From the human T2T-CHM13v2.0 reference genome, Homo sapiens, in assembly GCF_009914755.1 (NCBI RefSeq), contig NC_060929.1: a stretch of DNA of 64,000 nt. One strand, 5' to 3'. A model generated the notes under the pieces. It made no database searches. It had not been told where the DNA came from and was given only the letters and a program-made list of their open reading frames with translations. The first letter of the stretch is position 1, and the number at the start of each line of letters is the position of its first letter. Position numbers and translations under genes: made by a program. Positions 1 to 11,919 of this stretch are shown here, one piece after another.

Positions 1-1502
1 CTTGTCTGTAAAGTATTTTATTTCTCCTTAACTTATGAAGCTTAGTTTGGCTGGATATGAAATTCTGTGTTGAAAATTCTTTTCTTTAAGAATGTTGAAT
101 ATTGTCCCCCACTCTCTTCTGGCTTGTAGAGTTTCTGCCAAGAGATCAGCTGTTAGTCTGATGGGCTTCCCTTTGTGGGCAACCCGACCTTTCTCTCTGG
201 CTGCCCTTAACATTTTTTCCTTCATTTGAACTTTGGTGAATCTGACAATTATGTGTCTTGGAGTTGCTCTTCTCGAGGAGTGTCTTTGTGGCGTTCTCTG
301 TATTTCCTGAATTTGAATGTTGGCCAGCCTTGCTAGATTGGGGAAGTTCTCCTGGATAATATCCTGCAGAGTGTTTTCCTACTTGGTTCCATTCTCCCGT
401 CACTTTCAGGTACACCAATCAGACGTAGATTTGGCCTTTTTATACAGTCTTATATTTCTTGGAGGCTTTGTTCGTTTCTTTTTATTCTTTTTTCTCTAAA
501 CTTCTCTTCTTGCTTCATTTCATTCACTTCGTCTTCCATCACTGATACCCCTTCTTCCAGTTGATCGCATTGGCTACTGAGGCTTGTACATTCGTCATGT
601 AGTTCTTGTGCTGTGCTTTTCAGCTCCATCAGGTCCTTTAAGGACTTCTCTGTATTGGTTATTCTAGTTATCCATTCGTCTAATTTTTTTTCAAGATTTT
701 TAACTTCTTTGCCATTGGTTCGAACTTCTGAACCAATGGCAAAGTTTGATCTTGGAGTAGTTTGATCTTCTGAAGCCTTCTTCTCTCAACTCGTCAAAGT
801 CATTCTCCGTCCAGCTTTGTTCCACTGCTGGTGAGGAGCTGTGTTCCTTTGGAGGAGGAGAGGCACTCTGATTTTTAGAGTTTCTGGTTTTTCTTCTCTG
901 TTTTTTCCCCATCTTTGTGGTTTTATCTACCTTTGGTCCTTGATGATGGTGATGTATAGATGGGTTTTTGGTGTGGATGTCCTTTCTGTTTGTTAGTTTT
1001 CCTTCTAACAGTCAGGACCCTCAGCTGCAGGTCTGTTGGAGTTTGCTGGAGGTCCACTCCAGACCCTGTTTGTGTGGGTATCAGCAGCGGTTGCTGCAGA
1101 ACAGCTGATATTGGTGAACTGTAAATGCTGCTGCCTGATCGTTCCTCTGAAAGTTTTGTCTCAGAGGAGTACCCGGCCGTGTGAGGTGTCAGTCCGCCCC
1201 TACTGGGGAGTGCCTCCCAGTTAGGCTACTCGGGGGTCAGGGACCCACTTAAGGAGGCAGTCTGCCCATTCTCAGATCTCCAGCTGCGTGCTGGGAGAAC
1301 CACTACTCTCTTCAAAGCTGTCAGACAGGGACATATAAGTCTGCAGAGCTTATTCCTGCCTTTTGTTTGTCTGTGCCCTGCCCCCAGAGGTGGATCCTAC
1401 AGAGGCAGGCAGGCCTCCTTGAGCTGTGGTGGGCTCCACCCAGTTTGAGATTCCTGGCTGCTTTGTTTACCTACTCAAGCCTTGGCAATGGCGGGTGCCC
1501 CT
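1..1502 (-). mobile_element. L1PA (L1PA3/4-like) 5' portion: partial 5'UTR plus disrupted ORF1; continues off the left edge
   Basis: ORF track gives the ORF1p start MGKKQRRKTRNSKNQSASPPPKE (912-700) and the C-terminal part MKEKMLRAAREKGRV..IRLTADL (225-28). Typical L1PA 5'UTR sequence spans 913-1502 and is truncated just past the ORF0 ATG. Confidence 0.95.
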
Positions 1503-1505
1503 TAA
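1340..1505 (+). promoter_or_regulatory. Remnant of the L1 antisense promoter region and ORF0 start
   Basis: ATG GCG GGT GCC CCT (1488-1502) matches the ORF0 N-terminus MAGAP. The L1 ASP is known to lie around UTR nt 400-600. Activity cannot be seen from sequence. Confidence 0.4.
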
Positions 1506-2006
1506 GATTAATGCTAATGAGGGAGGTAGAACAAAATGGCCAGATAGACTCCTCCAGTAATGTTTTTTCTCACAGGAACACCAGTTGAACAACTATTCAC
1601 ACAAGAAAGCTCCTTCACAAAAACCAAAAATCAGATGAGAGATCACAGTACCTGGCTTTATTATCAAGGAAAGAGGCAAAGAAGGGGGTAGAAAAGACAG
1701 TCTTCAATTAATGACACCCGACATCATCCCTCCACACCATGCAATCACTGCCACTGTCCCCCGGCAGTGGCTGCATGGTTTGGAGAGAGAATCTGTGTGC
1801 CTTGGGGAGGGAGAGTTCAGCAGTTGTGGAACTTTGCATTGGAACTCAGTGCTACCCATCAGAGCAGAAAACAACATGGACCAGAATTCTGCCTGTGCTC
1901 ATGGAGGAAGCATTTTAGACCAGCCCTAGCTAGAGAAGAATTGCCTAACCCAGTGGTCAGAACTTGATTTCTAGCTAGCCCCACCACCATGGGCTAAAGC
2001 ACACTG

Positions 2007-2169
2007 AACTTTGAGAGGCTGAGATTGGAGGACTGCTTGATCCCAGGAGTTTGAGACCAACCCTGGCAACATAGTGAGACCCCATCTATACCAAATATAT
2101 ATATACACACACACACATATATACATATGTGTGTTTATATGTATATTTTAATTAAAAATTTAAAAAAGC
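2007..2169 (+). mobile_element. 5'-truncated Alu monomer (FLAM_C/AluJ left arm) with a (TA/CA)n tail, inserted in the L1 5'UTR
   Basis: Contains ttgagaggctgag..caggagtttgagacc..ggcaacatagtgagaccccatct. TSD is aaagcacactg (1996-2006) / aaagcactctg (2170-2180). Confidence 0.85.
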
Positions 2170-4253
2170 AAAGCACTCTGGTCCTAAATAAACTTGAAAG
2201 CAGTCTAAACCAGAAAGACTGCAGTGGACTTGTGGTGCACATGACATAGTGAGACACCAGCCAGGGCAGCTAAGGGAGTACTTGTGTCATCCCTCCCCCA
2301 ACCGCAGGGAGTGCAGCTCATAGCATCAGAAGAGACTCCTCCTTTCTTTTTGAGAAGAGAGTAAAGTGGACTTTGTCTTGTAACTTGGTTATCAGCTCAG
2401 CCACAGTAGAATAGGACACCATGCAGAGTTCTGAGGTCTCATTCCAAGCCCTATCTCCCAAATGACATATCTAGACATACCCTGAGCCAGAAGAGAACCT
2501 GCTGCCTTAAAAGGAAGAAACTAGTTCTGGAAGGATTCATCACCTGCTAGATAAAGAGCCCTTGGGCCTTGAATAAATGGCAGCCAGAGATTCCCTGCCA
2601 TAGGCAATGGCTGAGACCCAGTGCTGTACTGGTTTCAGGTGTGACCTGGCATGTTCCCATCTGTGGTGAGCGCAGGGAGAGACTCCTACTTGAGGAAAAG
2701 AGAGTGAAGTGCAAAGGAGACTTTGTCTTGTTGCTTGGGTACCAGTTCGGCCACAGTAGGGTAGAGAACCAAGTGGTGCCCTGCAGTCCCTGACTCCATG
2801 CCTTAGCTCTGGCATGGTGTTTCTGGACTACCCCGTGACAGTGACAGAGGTAGCCACTACACTCAAGGGAGAGACACAGGCCTGGCAGCATTTATCAAAA
2901 GCTGTCTGAAGAGCCCTTGGGCCTTGAGTGAACACCAGTCCTCTCTGTAGGCCTGGGTGGTGGTGGCCACAAGAAGGAGACTTTTATTGCTTGAGGAAGG
3001 GAAAAGGAAGAGTGGAAAGGACTTTGTCTTGTAGTTTAGGTGCCAACTCAGCTGTACTAAAATAAAGCATGATACAGATTCCAAAGTTTCCTGACTCCAG
3101 TCCCTGACTTATGCACCCCTCCAGGGCTGGGATGGGGATAGGTAACTTATCGCCCTTAATGGGAGGACACAGGCCTGGTTGGATTCCACACCTACTGACT
3201 GAAGATCCCTTGGGCCTTTAGTGAACTGCAGCAGTGGCCAGGCAGTGGTTGCCATTGTCCTTGTGTGAGATCCAGAGCTATGCTGGGTTCAGGTCTGATG
3301 CAGCATAATAGCAGTGGTGGTGGACACAGACATACTTTTGTCATCTCTCCCCCAGATCCAAGAAGCTCAGCAAGGAGACAGAGAGAGACTCAATTTGCTT
3401 GGTAGAAAGTAGAGAACAAGAGTCTCTGCCTGGTAATCCAGGGAATTCTCAAGGATCTTACCCAAGACCACCAAGGTGGTACTTCTATGAGTCTTCAAGA
3501 GTGATAGTGTTACTGGGCTTGGGGTGCCCCCTTAATGCAGACACAGCTACAGTAACCAAAAACTTAGATCATAACACTCACTTCCCTATGAATATCCCTA
3601 GAAAGCCTTCACAAGAAGAATGGGTACAAATAAGCCCAGACTGCAAAGAGAACAATAATACCTAACTCTTCATTGCCTAGACAAAGATGAACATCCATGA
3701 GCTTCAAGATTATCTAGGAAAACATGGCCTTACCAAAAAGAACTAAATAAGAAAGCTGTGACCAGTCTTGGAATGACAGAGATATTTGACCTTTCAGGCA
3801 GAGAATTAAAAATAACTGTTTTGATGAAGCTCAGTGAAATTCAAGATAACACAGAGATAGAATTTGGAATCCTATCAATGAATTTAACAAAGAGCTTTAC
3901 ACTAATATTCACAGCAGCTTTTTTATAGTAGCCCCAAATTTGGTCAACCTCAAATGTATATAAACAGATTAATGGAAAATTATAAAATTGAAGTAAGTTT
4001 TTAAAATTAGACAACAATTTCGCAGCTGGAAAAATCAATTGACATACTGAAGAATGCATCAGAGTCTGTCATTTGCAGAATTAATCAGGGAGAAGAAAGA
4101 ATCAGTGAGCTTGAAGATAAGCTATTTGAAAATACACAGTCAGGGGAGTCAGTCAAAAGGGAAAAGAATAAAAGACAATGAAGCACACCTACAGGACCTA
4201 GAAAATTGTCGCAAAAGAACAAATTGAAGAGTTACTGGCTTTTAAAGAGGAGA

Positions 4254-4320
4254 CAGAGAGAGAGAGAGAGAGAGAGATTAGATTAGATTAGATTAGATTA
4301 GATTAGATTAGATTAGATTG
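4254..4320. repeat. Compound microsatellite (AG)n(GATTA)8 GATTG inside L1 ORF1
   Basis: Read directly from the sequence. Confidence 0.95.
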
Positions 4321-7130
4321 AGGTAGAAAGTTTATTCAAAGGAACTTTGGGAACAGTGAACTTTCCAAACCTAGAGAAAGGTATTAGCATTCAAGTACAA
4401 GAAGGTTACAGAACACCAAATATATTTAATCCAAATAAGACTACCTCAAGACATTAAATAATCAAATGCCCAAAAGTCAAGGATTTAAAAAAGGATCCTA
4501 AAAGCAGCATGAGAAAGGCAACAAATAACATACAAGGGAGCTCCAATATTCTGGTAGCAGACTTCTCCATGGAAACCTTACAGGCCAAGAGAAAGTGGCA
4601 TGACATATTTAAAGTGCTGAAGGGAAAAAAAAAAAAGAAACACAACTTTTACCCTAGAATAATATATCCAGTGAAAATATCCTTCAAACATGAAGGAAAA
4701 ATAAAGACTTTCCTAGACAAAGAAAAGCTAAAGGATTTTATCGACATCAGACCTGTTCCATAAGAAAGCTAAACAGTGTACTTCAATCTGAAACAGAAGA
4801 ACACTAATGAACAGGAAGAAATCATCTGAGGGTACAAAACTCACTGGTAATAGTAAGTACACAGAAAAACGCAGAATATTATAGCACGTAATTATGATGT
4901 ATAAGCTACTCATTTCTTGAATAGGAAGACTAAAAGATGAACCAATCTAATAATAAATACAATAACTTTTCAAGACTTAGTATAATAAAGTATAAATAGA
5001 AATAACAAAAAGTTAAAAAGCAAGGGTATGGAGTTAAAGGGTAGAGCTTTTACTAGTTTTTTTTATTGTTTATGCTGTCAGTGTCTAGTTGTCATCAGTT
5101 GAAAATAATAGGTTATATGCAAGCCTTATGGTAACCTCAAATCAACAAACCTATACAGATACACAAAAAGCAAGAAATTAAAACATACCAACAAAGAAAA
5201 TCACCTTCATAAAAACAAGAAGGAACAAAGAGAAGAACACAAAACAACCAGAAAACAAATAACAAAATAGCAGGAGGAAGTCCTTACTTATCAATAACAT
5301 TCGATATAAATAGATTAAACTCTCTAATCAAAAGACATAGAATGGCTGAATGAGAAAAAAAAAAAAGACCTAATAAGTTGCTGCCTGCAAGAAACACACT
5401 TCACCTATAAAAACACACATAGACTGAAAATAATGAGATGGAAAAAGATATTACATGCCAATGGAAGCCAAAAAAAGAACAGGAGTAGCCTATCCCAGTG
5501 GTCAGAACTTGAGTTCCAGCTAGCCCCACCACAATGGGCTAAATACTTGATACTTATATCAAGAAAAATAGGTTTCAAGACGAAAACTATGAGACAAAGA
5601 AGGTCACTATACAATGATAAAAAGGGGTCAATTTAGCAACAGGATATAATTATAAATATGTATGCACCCAACACTGGAGCACCCAGATATATAAAGCAAA
5701 TATCATTAGATATACATAAAGAAAGCTAAAGAAATATATAGAACCCAGTATAATAATATCTGGAGAGTTCAGCATCCCACTTTTAGCATTGGAAAGATCA
5801 TCTAGACAGAAAATCAAAGAAACATCAAACTGAATCTACTCTATAGACCAAATAGACCTAATAGATTTTTTACAGCACAATTCATCCAATGGCTGCAGAA
5901 TACACACTCTTCTCCTCAGCCCATGAATCATTCTCAATGATATATCTTGTGTTACCCCACAAAACGAGTCTTAAATTAAAAAAAAAACTTAAGTGTCCTC
6001 TCTGATCACAATGAAATAAAACTAGAAATCAATAACAAGATGAACTTTGGAAACTATGCAAACACATGGAAATTAAGCAATATGCTCCGAAATGACCAGT
6101 GTGTTAAAGAAGAAGTTAAGAAGGAGATGGAGATTTCATACAAATGATAGTGAAAATACAACATCCCCAAACCCATGGAATACACTGAAAGCAGTGCTAA
6201 GGGGAACGTTTGTAGCAATAAGCGTCTACATAGAAATAGTAGAAAAAAGAAAATTTTTTTGAGTGACACCCCACAAGCACAGAACACCAAAACAAAAATG
6301 GAAAAGTGGAATTTTATTAAGTTAAAAAACTTCTGTAAAGCAAAGTAAACAATTGACAAAGTGAAGAGACAACCCACAGGATGGGAGAAAATATTTGCAA
6401 ACTACCATCTGATAAGGAATTAATAACCAGAATATATAAGGAGAATAAATAACTCAATAGGAAAATATTTAATAGTCTGATTAAAAAATGTGCAAAAGAT
6501 CTGTCTAGACATTTCTGAAAAGAAGGCATACAAGTGGCAAACAGGTATATGAAAAAGTGCTCAGCATCACTGGTCATCAGAAAAATGCAATCAGAACTAC
6601 AATGAGATATGATCTCACCCCAATTGAAATGGCTTTTATCCAAAAGACAGGCAATAACAAATGCTGTGAGGTTGTGGTGAAAGGGAACATTTGTACACTG
6701 TTGGTGGAAATAAAAATTAGTACAGCTAGTATAGAGAACAGTAAAAATGTTCCACAGAAAACTAAAAATAGAATGGCCACAGGATCCAGCAATTCCCCTG
6801 CTAGTTATATACCTTTCTTTTGAAAGGCAGTCAGTATATTGAAGAGATATCTGTACTCCCATGTTTATTGTAGCACTATTCACAATAGCCAAGATTTGGA
6901 AGCAACAAAGAGTCCATCAACAGATGAATGGATAAAGAAAATATGGTACATATTCACAATGGAGTATATTTGGCCATAAAAAAGAATGAGATCCTGTCAT
7001 CTACAACAACATGAATGGAACTGGAGGTCTTTATGTTAAATGAAATAAGCCAGGCACAGAAAGACAGACTTTGTATGTTCTCACTCATTCATGGGAGCTA
7101 AAAATGAAAACACTTGAATTCATAAAGATA

Positions 7131-7711
7131 GACAATAACAAATGCTAGTGAGAATATGAAGAAAAGGGAACCCTTATACACTGCTGGTGGAAATGTAAAT
7201 TAGTACAACTTCTATGGAGAACAGTTTGAAGGTTCCTCAAGAAACCAAAAACAGAGCTACCATATGATCCAGAAATCCAGAAATATATACTCGTAGGTAT
7301 ATATCCAAAAGAAAGGAAATCATATATCAAAGAGATACCTACACTTTCATGTTTGTTGCCGCACTATTCACAGTAGCCAGGATTTGGAAACAACCTGAGT
7401 ATCCATCAACCTGAGTATCCATCACCAGATGAATAGGTCAAGAAATTATGCTGCATATACACAATGAAGTATTATTTAGCCATAAAAAGGAATGAGATCC
7501 TGTCATTTGCAACAATATGGATGGGATTGGAGGTCATTATGTTAAGTGAAATAAGCCAGACACAGAAAGACAAACATCACACGTTCTCATTTTTTTTTTG
7601 TGGGAGCTAAAAATCAAAGCAATTGAACACACAGAGACAGAGAGTAGAAGGATGGTTACTAGAGGCTGGGAATGGTAGTCGGAGGTTGGGGAAAGTAGGG
7701 ATAGTTAATGG
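7131..7711 (+). mobile_element. Second L1MA2/3-like 3'-end segment in tandem with the first
   Basis: Restarts at gacaataacaaatgct, homologous to ~6650. Repeats gaatgagatcctgtcat..gaaataagccag.cacagaaagaca and lacks a poly(A). Confidence 0.85.
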
Positions 7712-7927
7712 AATGTGAAAACCACCATAGATAATACATAAATAGGCATGATTGTGTTTCAAGAAAATTTAATTTATGGACACTGAAATAAGAATTTTTA
7801 TATAATCATGTGGCACATTAAAATTTTTTTTTCAACAATTAAATATATAAAATCATTTTTAGCACACATGCTGTACAAAATTGGGCAATGGACTTAATTT
7901 GGTCCATGTGCCTTGTTTGCTACCCAT
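7712..7927 (+). mobile_element. MER58B (hAT-Charlie) 3' part
   Basis: ccatagataatacataaat..tttatggacactgaaat..aatttggtccatgtgcc.tgtttgctaccc matches the recalled MER58B consensus. Confidence 0.75.
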
Positions 7928-8099
7928 TCCCAACATTCCCCGCCTAAAAGTTGAAAGATATATATGATCTGAAGAGAAACCAGAGTGTGCTACCCTTCCC
8001 TAGGTAATTGTTATGTGTCACTCCATCACTCTTACTGAAATGCTGCCACCCCAGTAGCAGCCTCCCCTGGTTACCTTTCAATAACAGCACGTTTTCTAA

Positions 8100-8280
8100 T
8101 GCCGTTCTCTACTTTTGGTTACTATATAGCACTTAACAGACTATTTTATCCATTTATTGTTGATACCCTTTATACCCTTTATTAAAATGTACACTTCTTG
8201 AAAGTTAGAATTCTTGGTTTTGTTTACCACGTTAGCCCCAATGCCTACAAAAGTGTCTGGTGTATTGGACACACTTAATA
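8100..8280 (+). mobile_element. L2 3'-end fragment
   Basis: aaatgtacacttcttgaaagttagaa..tgtttaccac..ccccaatgcctacaaaagtgtctgg resembles the L2 tail. Confidence 0.6.
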
Positions 8281-9224
8281 CCCCAGATTACCTGTACAGT
8301 GATTAATTCAGAACCTATGGGAAAAATCATACAGCAGTAAAAGACAATTTTCACTGGGCCAGATGTGGTGATAATTTCAGTGTCTCCAGTTCAAGGACAC
8401 ACATGGAAGATACTTTCAGCTCACAGTTGTAAAAACAGTAAGGAAACATCTTTGGGGCAGGCAAAGGTAAGGGTCTGAGAGTAAAAGATGGAGCATTTAT
8501 TCGATGAGATACCTAGATTATTCAAATCAGGGAATTCAGCTTAAAAATGCAGTTTGGATTAAATTTTGTTTTTCCCCTGATACCTAACTGGTAAAGGTTA
8601 ATGGGGAGTATTGTATCAGTTATAGATAGGTACTACATTTTTATTACCTCTGAATTGTGCCACCAGTAATTGCTTGGTGTGGTGGTTCCATGAGAAAAAA
8701 AAAAAAAAAAAAAAAAACTTCAAGGAGGGTAGAAAGAATATGTTCGTAGTGGTTGCCTTAGGGGAGAAAGACTGGGAGTTTGGCTTTGAGGAGGATTTGT
8801 TCATTTGGATTGTTTGCATAGTGATTGAGGAGGATCCAGAATTGTTATATGTGAGAGTATTAAGATGCTAAGCTGACATGAAGATGGGGAGGCAGGCTTT
8901 TTTTGTATATGTATGTGCATGGCCAACACACTCTTATTGCTTAGAGAGATGGCATGGGAGTGAATTATCACAGGGGTCTAAAGCTACTTCAGACTACCAT
9001 TTAGGTTTAGATGTAACCATCTGTATGTTTTATTTTGAAAAGATAAAAGATATAATTTTTAAAAGTGATAAAAATAGAAAATAGATCAAAGTATAGAAAT
9101 CAGAATCTCTGATAGCCAGGAAAATATACTATTTAATTATCTCTGCCTTTATTTCTATAACCAAGAGTTCATTGTGTCAGTTTCTTTATCTTTATTATCT
9201 TAATATTTTAAAAAAGTAATTATA

Positions 9225-9306
9225 TAGAGACAAGGTCTCGCTCTGTTGGTTCAGGCTGGGGTTCTCTGGAGTAGCTGGATTACAGGCATGAGCCACCAGG
9301 ACCGGC
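9225..9306 (-). mobile_element. Internally deleted Alu monomer (FLAM-like)
   Basis: tagagacaaggtctcgctctgttg..caggctgg..gtagctggattacaggcatgagccacca. Confidence 0.8.
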
Positions 9307-11919
9307 TAGTAAGTGTCAGTTTCTACAGCAACTTCCTCATTTGTTTACAAGTCTAGTAAATAACGTTGTTCTGAGTTTTTATTGCATGTCTATTGTTAGG
9401 CAGTACAAGACCTTGTAAACGTGTGCATTCCTGGTCTGTGAAATAGCCTATGTCTGTGAATGGGAGGACAGAACTGTGAGGCCAGAATCTCCCACTTCTT
9501 TGAGGGGAACCATTATTTGTTTCCCAGTTCACAACAAATAGAATGGGAGTGAGAAATCAAATGCATCCTGAGACCAATCTGTTAATATAAATGCAGGGAA
9601 CATCCCTCTGTAGGATGAGAAGGAACAGAGGAACAATTGCAACCTGAGGAGGGGTACACCTATCAAAAAGCACAACAGCAATTCAGTAGCTGTTAAAGGC
9701 CACTGAATTGTTAAAGGCCATTTAAAACTGGGATTTGGTCTTCTCCATCTTCCAGTTTATTAAGAGAAGATAGACATCTAGATTTGTACGTAAGATCTGT
9801 CCAATTTTAAATGTTAACTGGTGGATAATTTTTTAAGTGTTATGTATGGGCCAAATAAAATACCATTTTGGATCTGGCAAACTAGAATCCAGAAGATTGA
9901 GACCTCTGAATAAGATGTTTGATAAAGTTATTTTCTTTCACATGGTTGTAGAACTCATGTGGTATGAAGTTTGTAGTATCTGGGAGTATCTTTCTCATTC
10001 TGGTAGTGGACTGTTATTGCCGAGGAAGAACAGAGAAAAGTAGGGTGAGGTGTGGACTTGAGTATATTTGTGTTTCTGGAGTTTTGAGTTGAGATTCTAA
10101 ATAGGTAGGTAGACATAGGCATAGGTATAGATTATGGATACATATGTTAACTGTGATCATTGTCCTTATAAATGGTAGTCTATTAGCAGAATGGAAAAGA
10201 TACTTTGATATTATAAACTTTATATTACAATATACCTCTGCAGCTACATAAACATGAAAGACAAAAAGATAAAGATATATTCAGAACTAATGTTAAAAGT
10301 GGTAGATAGTTGCCATTAAAATAGTGCAAAACTTCTGAAAACTTGCAATGGGAATAAATCTAATTTACAGCATGGCTTCTATGAGAAAAAATTCCAAACA
10401 CTAAACTATTTATATTCAAGGGAACATTTAAAATATTGCCCTTTCATAAATTGGAGCCTTTCTGCCTGTGGTCTCCTCTCCCAGAGAACAAGATTTGGCT
10501 ACAAGAAACATTTTCACCGTTCTTGAAGCTTAGTGTAGTTGTTGAGCCAACTTACTCATAAAGGAAAGAAAAAGAAAACATGAGCTGTAAGGTGGCATAT
10601 GGAATATTACCTGAGCACCTTACAAATACAAGACTGTAGTGAACTTGAAAAGACTCTGACATTTATATTTCCTCTTCTACTGACCTGTAGATAAGAAACA
10701 CTTTCTTTCTGGGGATACTTGATCAGGCTTAGGAAGAATGACCCCACACAGCCCTAACCAGGATCCTTGGGCAGCTGACTAAGTTTCACAGGCAATTCAT
10801 CCACCCTTCCTTTTACTTCTGATGCATGATTTTCCTTCCTACCTGCCAGTTTCTGGAGGCTGAGGAAAGTTTTCAGTTTCAATATGTGTCTGCAGTCCTT
10901 AGAAATGTGTCAATCTTGGATAACACATTTCCCTAATTCTAATTTGTACATGGTAGCTCTATTTAATATATGTGGATGTGAAGGTAAATTTCCATTTACT
11001 TTGAGTGTTTCTCATTTATCAGTAAGCCTAAATAATAGCCTAAAGTTTTAGCATCATCTTAAAAGCTTTTTTAATGCATTTTTTCTAACATGAAAATGTT
11101 AAATAAGCAATCATCTTTTGACAAAAAAAGTGTTTATACCATGCATTTGCTATTGTAGAAATATTAAAAGAATCAAAATAGATTATTCTTGCTCTATTGC
11201 AGTTAGCAGGATCAGGCAACATACTAATGGGCTAGTAATTTACAAAGATAAATGTATCACTCATCTCCAGGACTGAACTGTCTTTATGGTTTCTGACTTA
11301 CCTTGAAACACTGTTTTAGTTTATTATAGATTTTCAGACTCTGCCCTTCCACACTCCTGGCGTTAAGTGGAGGTAAGTCCTATTGTTACCAGCCAGTTTA
11401 ATCTTACTTCCCTGTATATGATTTCTCTTTCAGCAAGTAAAAAATGTCCAGTTTCAGACTTTCAAATTTTACCCAATCTCCATGTTTACATACGACATTA
11501 TACTCTTAAAAGCAGTATTACTTTTTAAGCTAATTCAGTTGCCTTTCCCCTTATATCCAATCCAAAGCTGTCTCTCCCATAAGGCCATGTTTACCAATCC
11601 TGTATTGGGATATTATTTAAATTTTAGTGTTAAGAAAGATTTTTATCAGTAGCTTTGTGGAGGCTGGGTTCATCAGCCCCATATACATCTCTATTGCTCA
11701 CCTGACCTATCTGTCCCCTTCATCTCTCTATTTAAAATGATGTCTCCCTCATTTCAAAGAACACTCGCTTCAAAGACATGTTTGATCTCAAGTGAACTCC
11801 AAACAACTTCCTCTTGGATCTTTAAATTATAAACCTCATTCATAGAGGACTAAATAAGGAATTTACTTTAACATTTGCCTGAAAATGCAAGCAAAAAAGT
11901 GAACCTTAATTCATTCAGG

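Larger units (their letters stand above)
1519..7130 (+). mobile_element. Old L1 (L1M1-type 5' end, L1MA2-4-type 3' end), near full-length with a large internal ORF2 deletion
   Basis: Starts gggaggtagaacaaaatggc. The 5'UTR has ~3 tandem subunits (2350-3300, shared core gactttgtcttg). ORF1 remnant reads ADFSMETLQAKRKWHDIFKVLK (4509-4763) and the EN remnant reads WKKILHANG (5433). At ~6250 the sequence jumps from post-EN to the ORF2 C-terminus, so RT is missing. An L1MA 3'UTR follows. Confidence 0.9.

Noticed and set aside
2350-3300. ~300-bp tandem subunits resembling a repeat array
   Set aside because: They are known tandem subunits of old L1 5'UTRs, with no CRISPR-like repeat-spacer structure.
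6317-6892. 191-aa minus-strand ORF
   Set aside because: It is an antisense reading of the L1MA 3' region, a common stop-poor artefact.
8693-8718. Isolated poly(A) as the tail of a processed pseudogene
   Set aside because: There is no upstream AATAAA, TSD or recognisable mRNA sequence.
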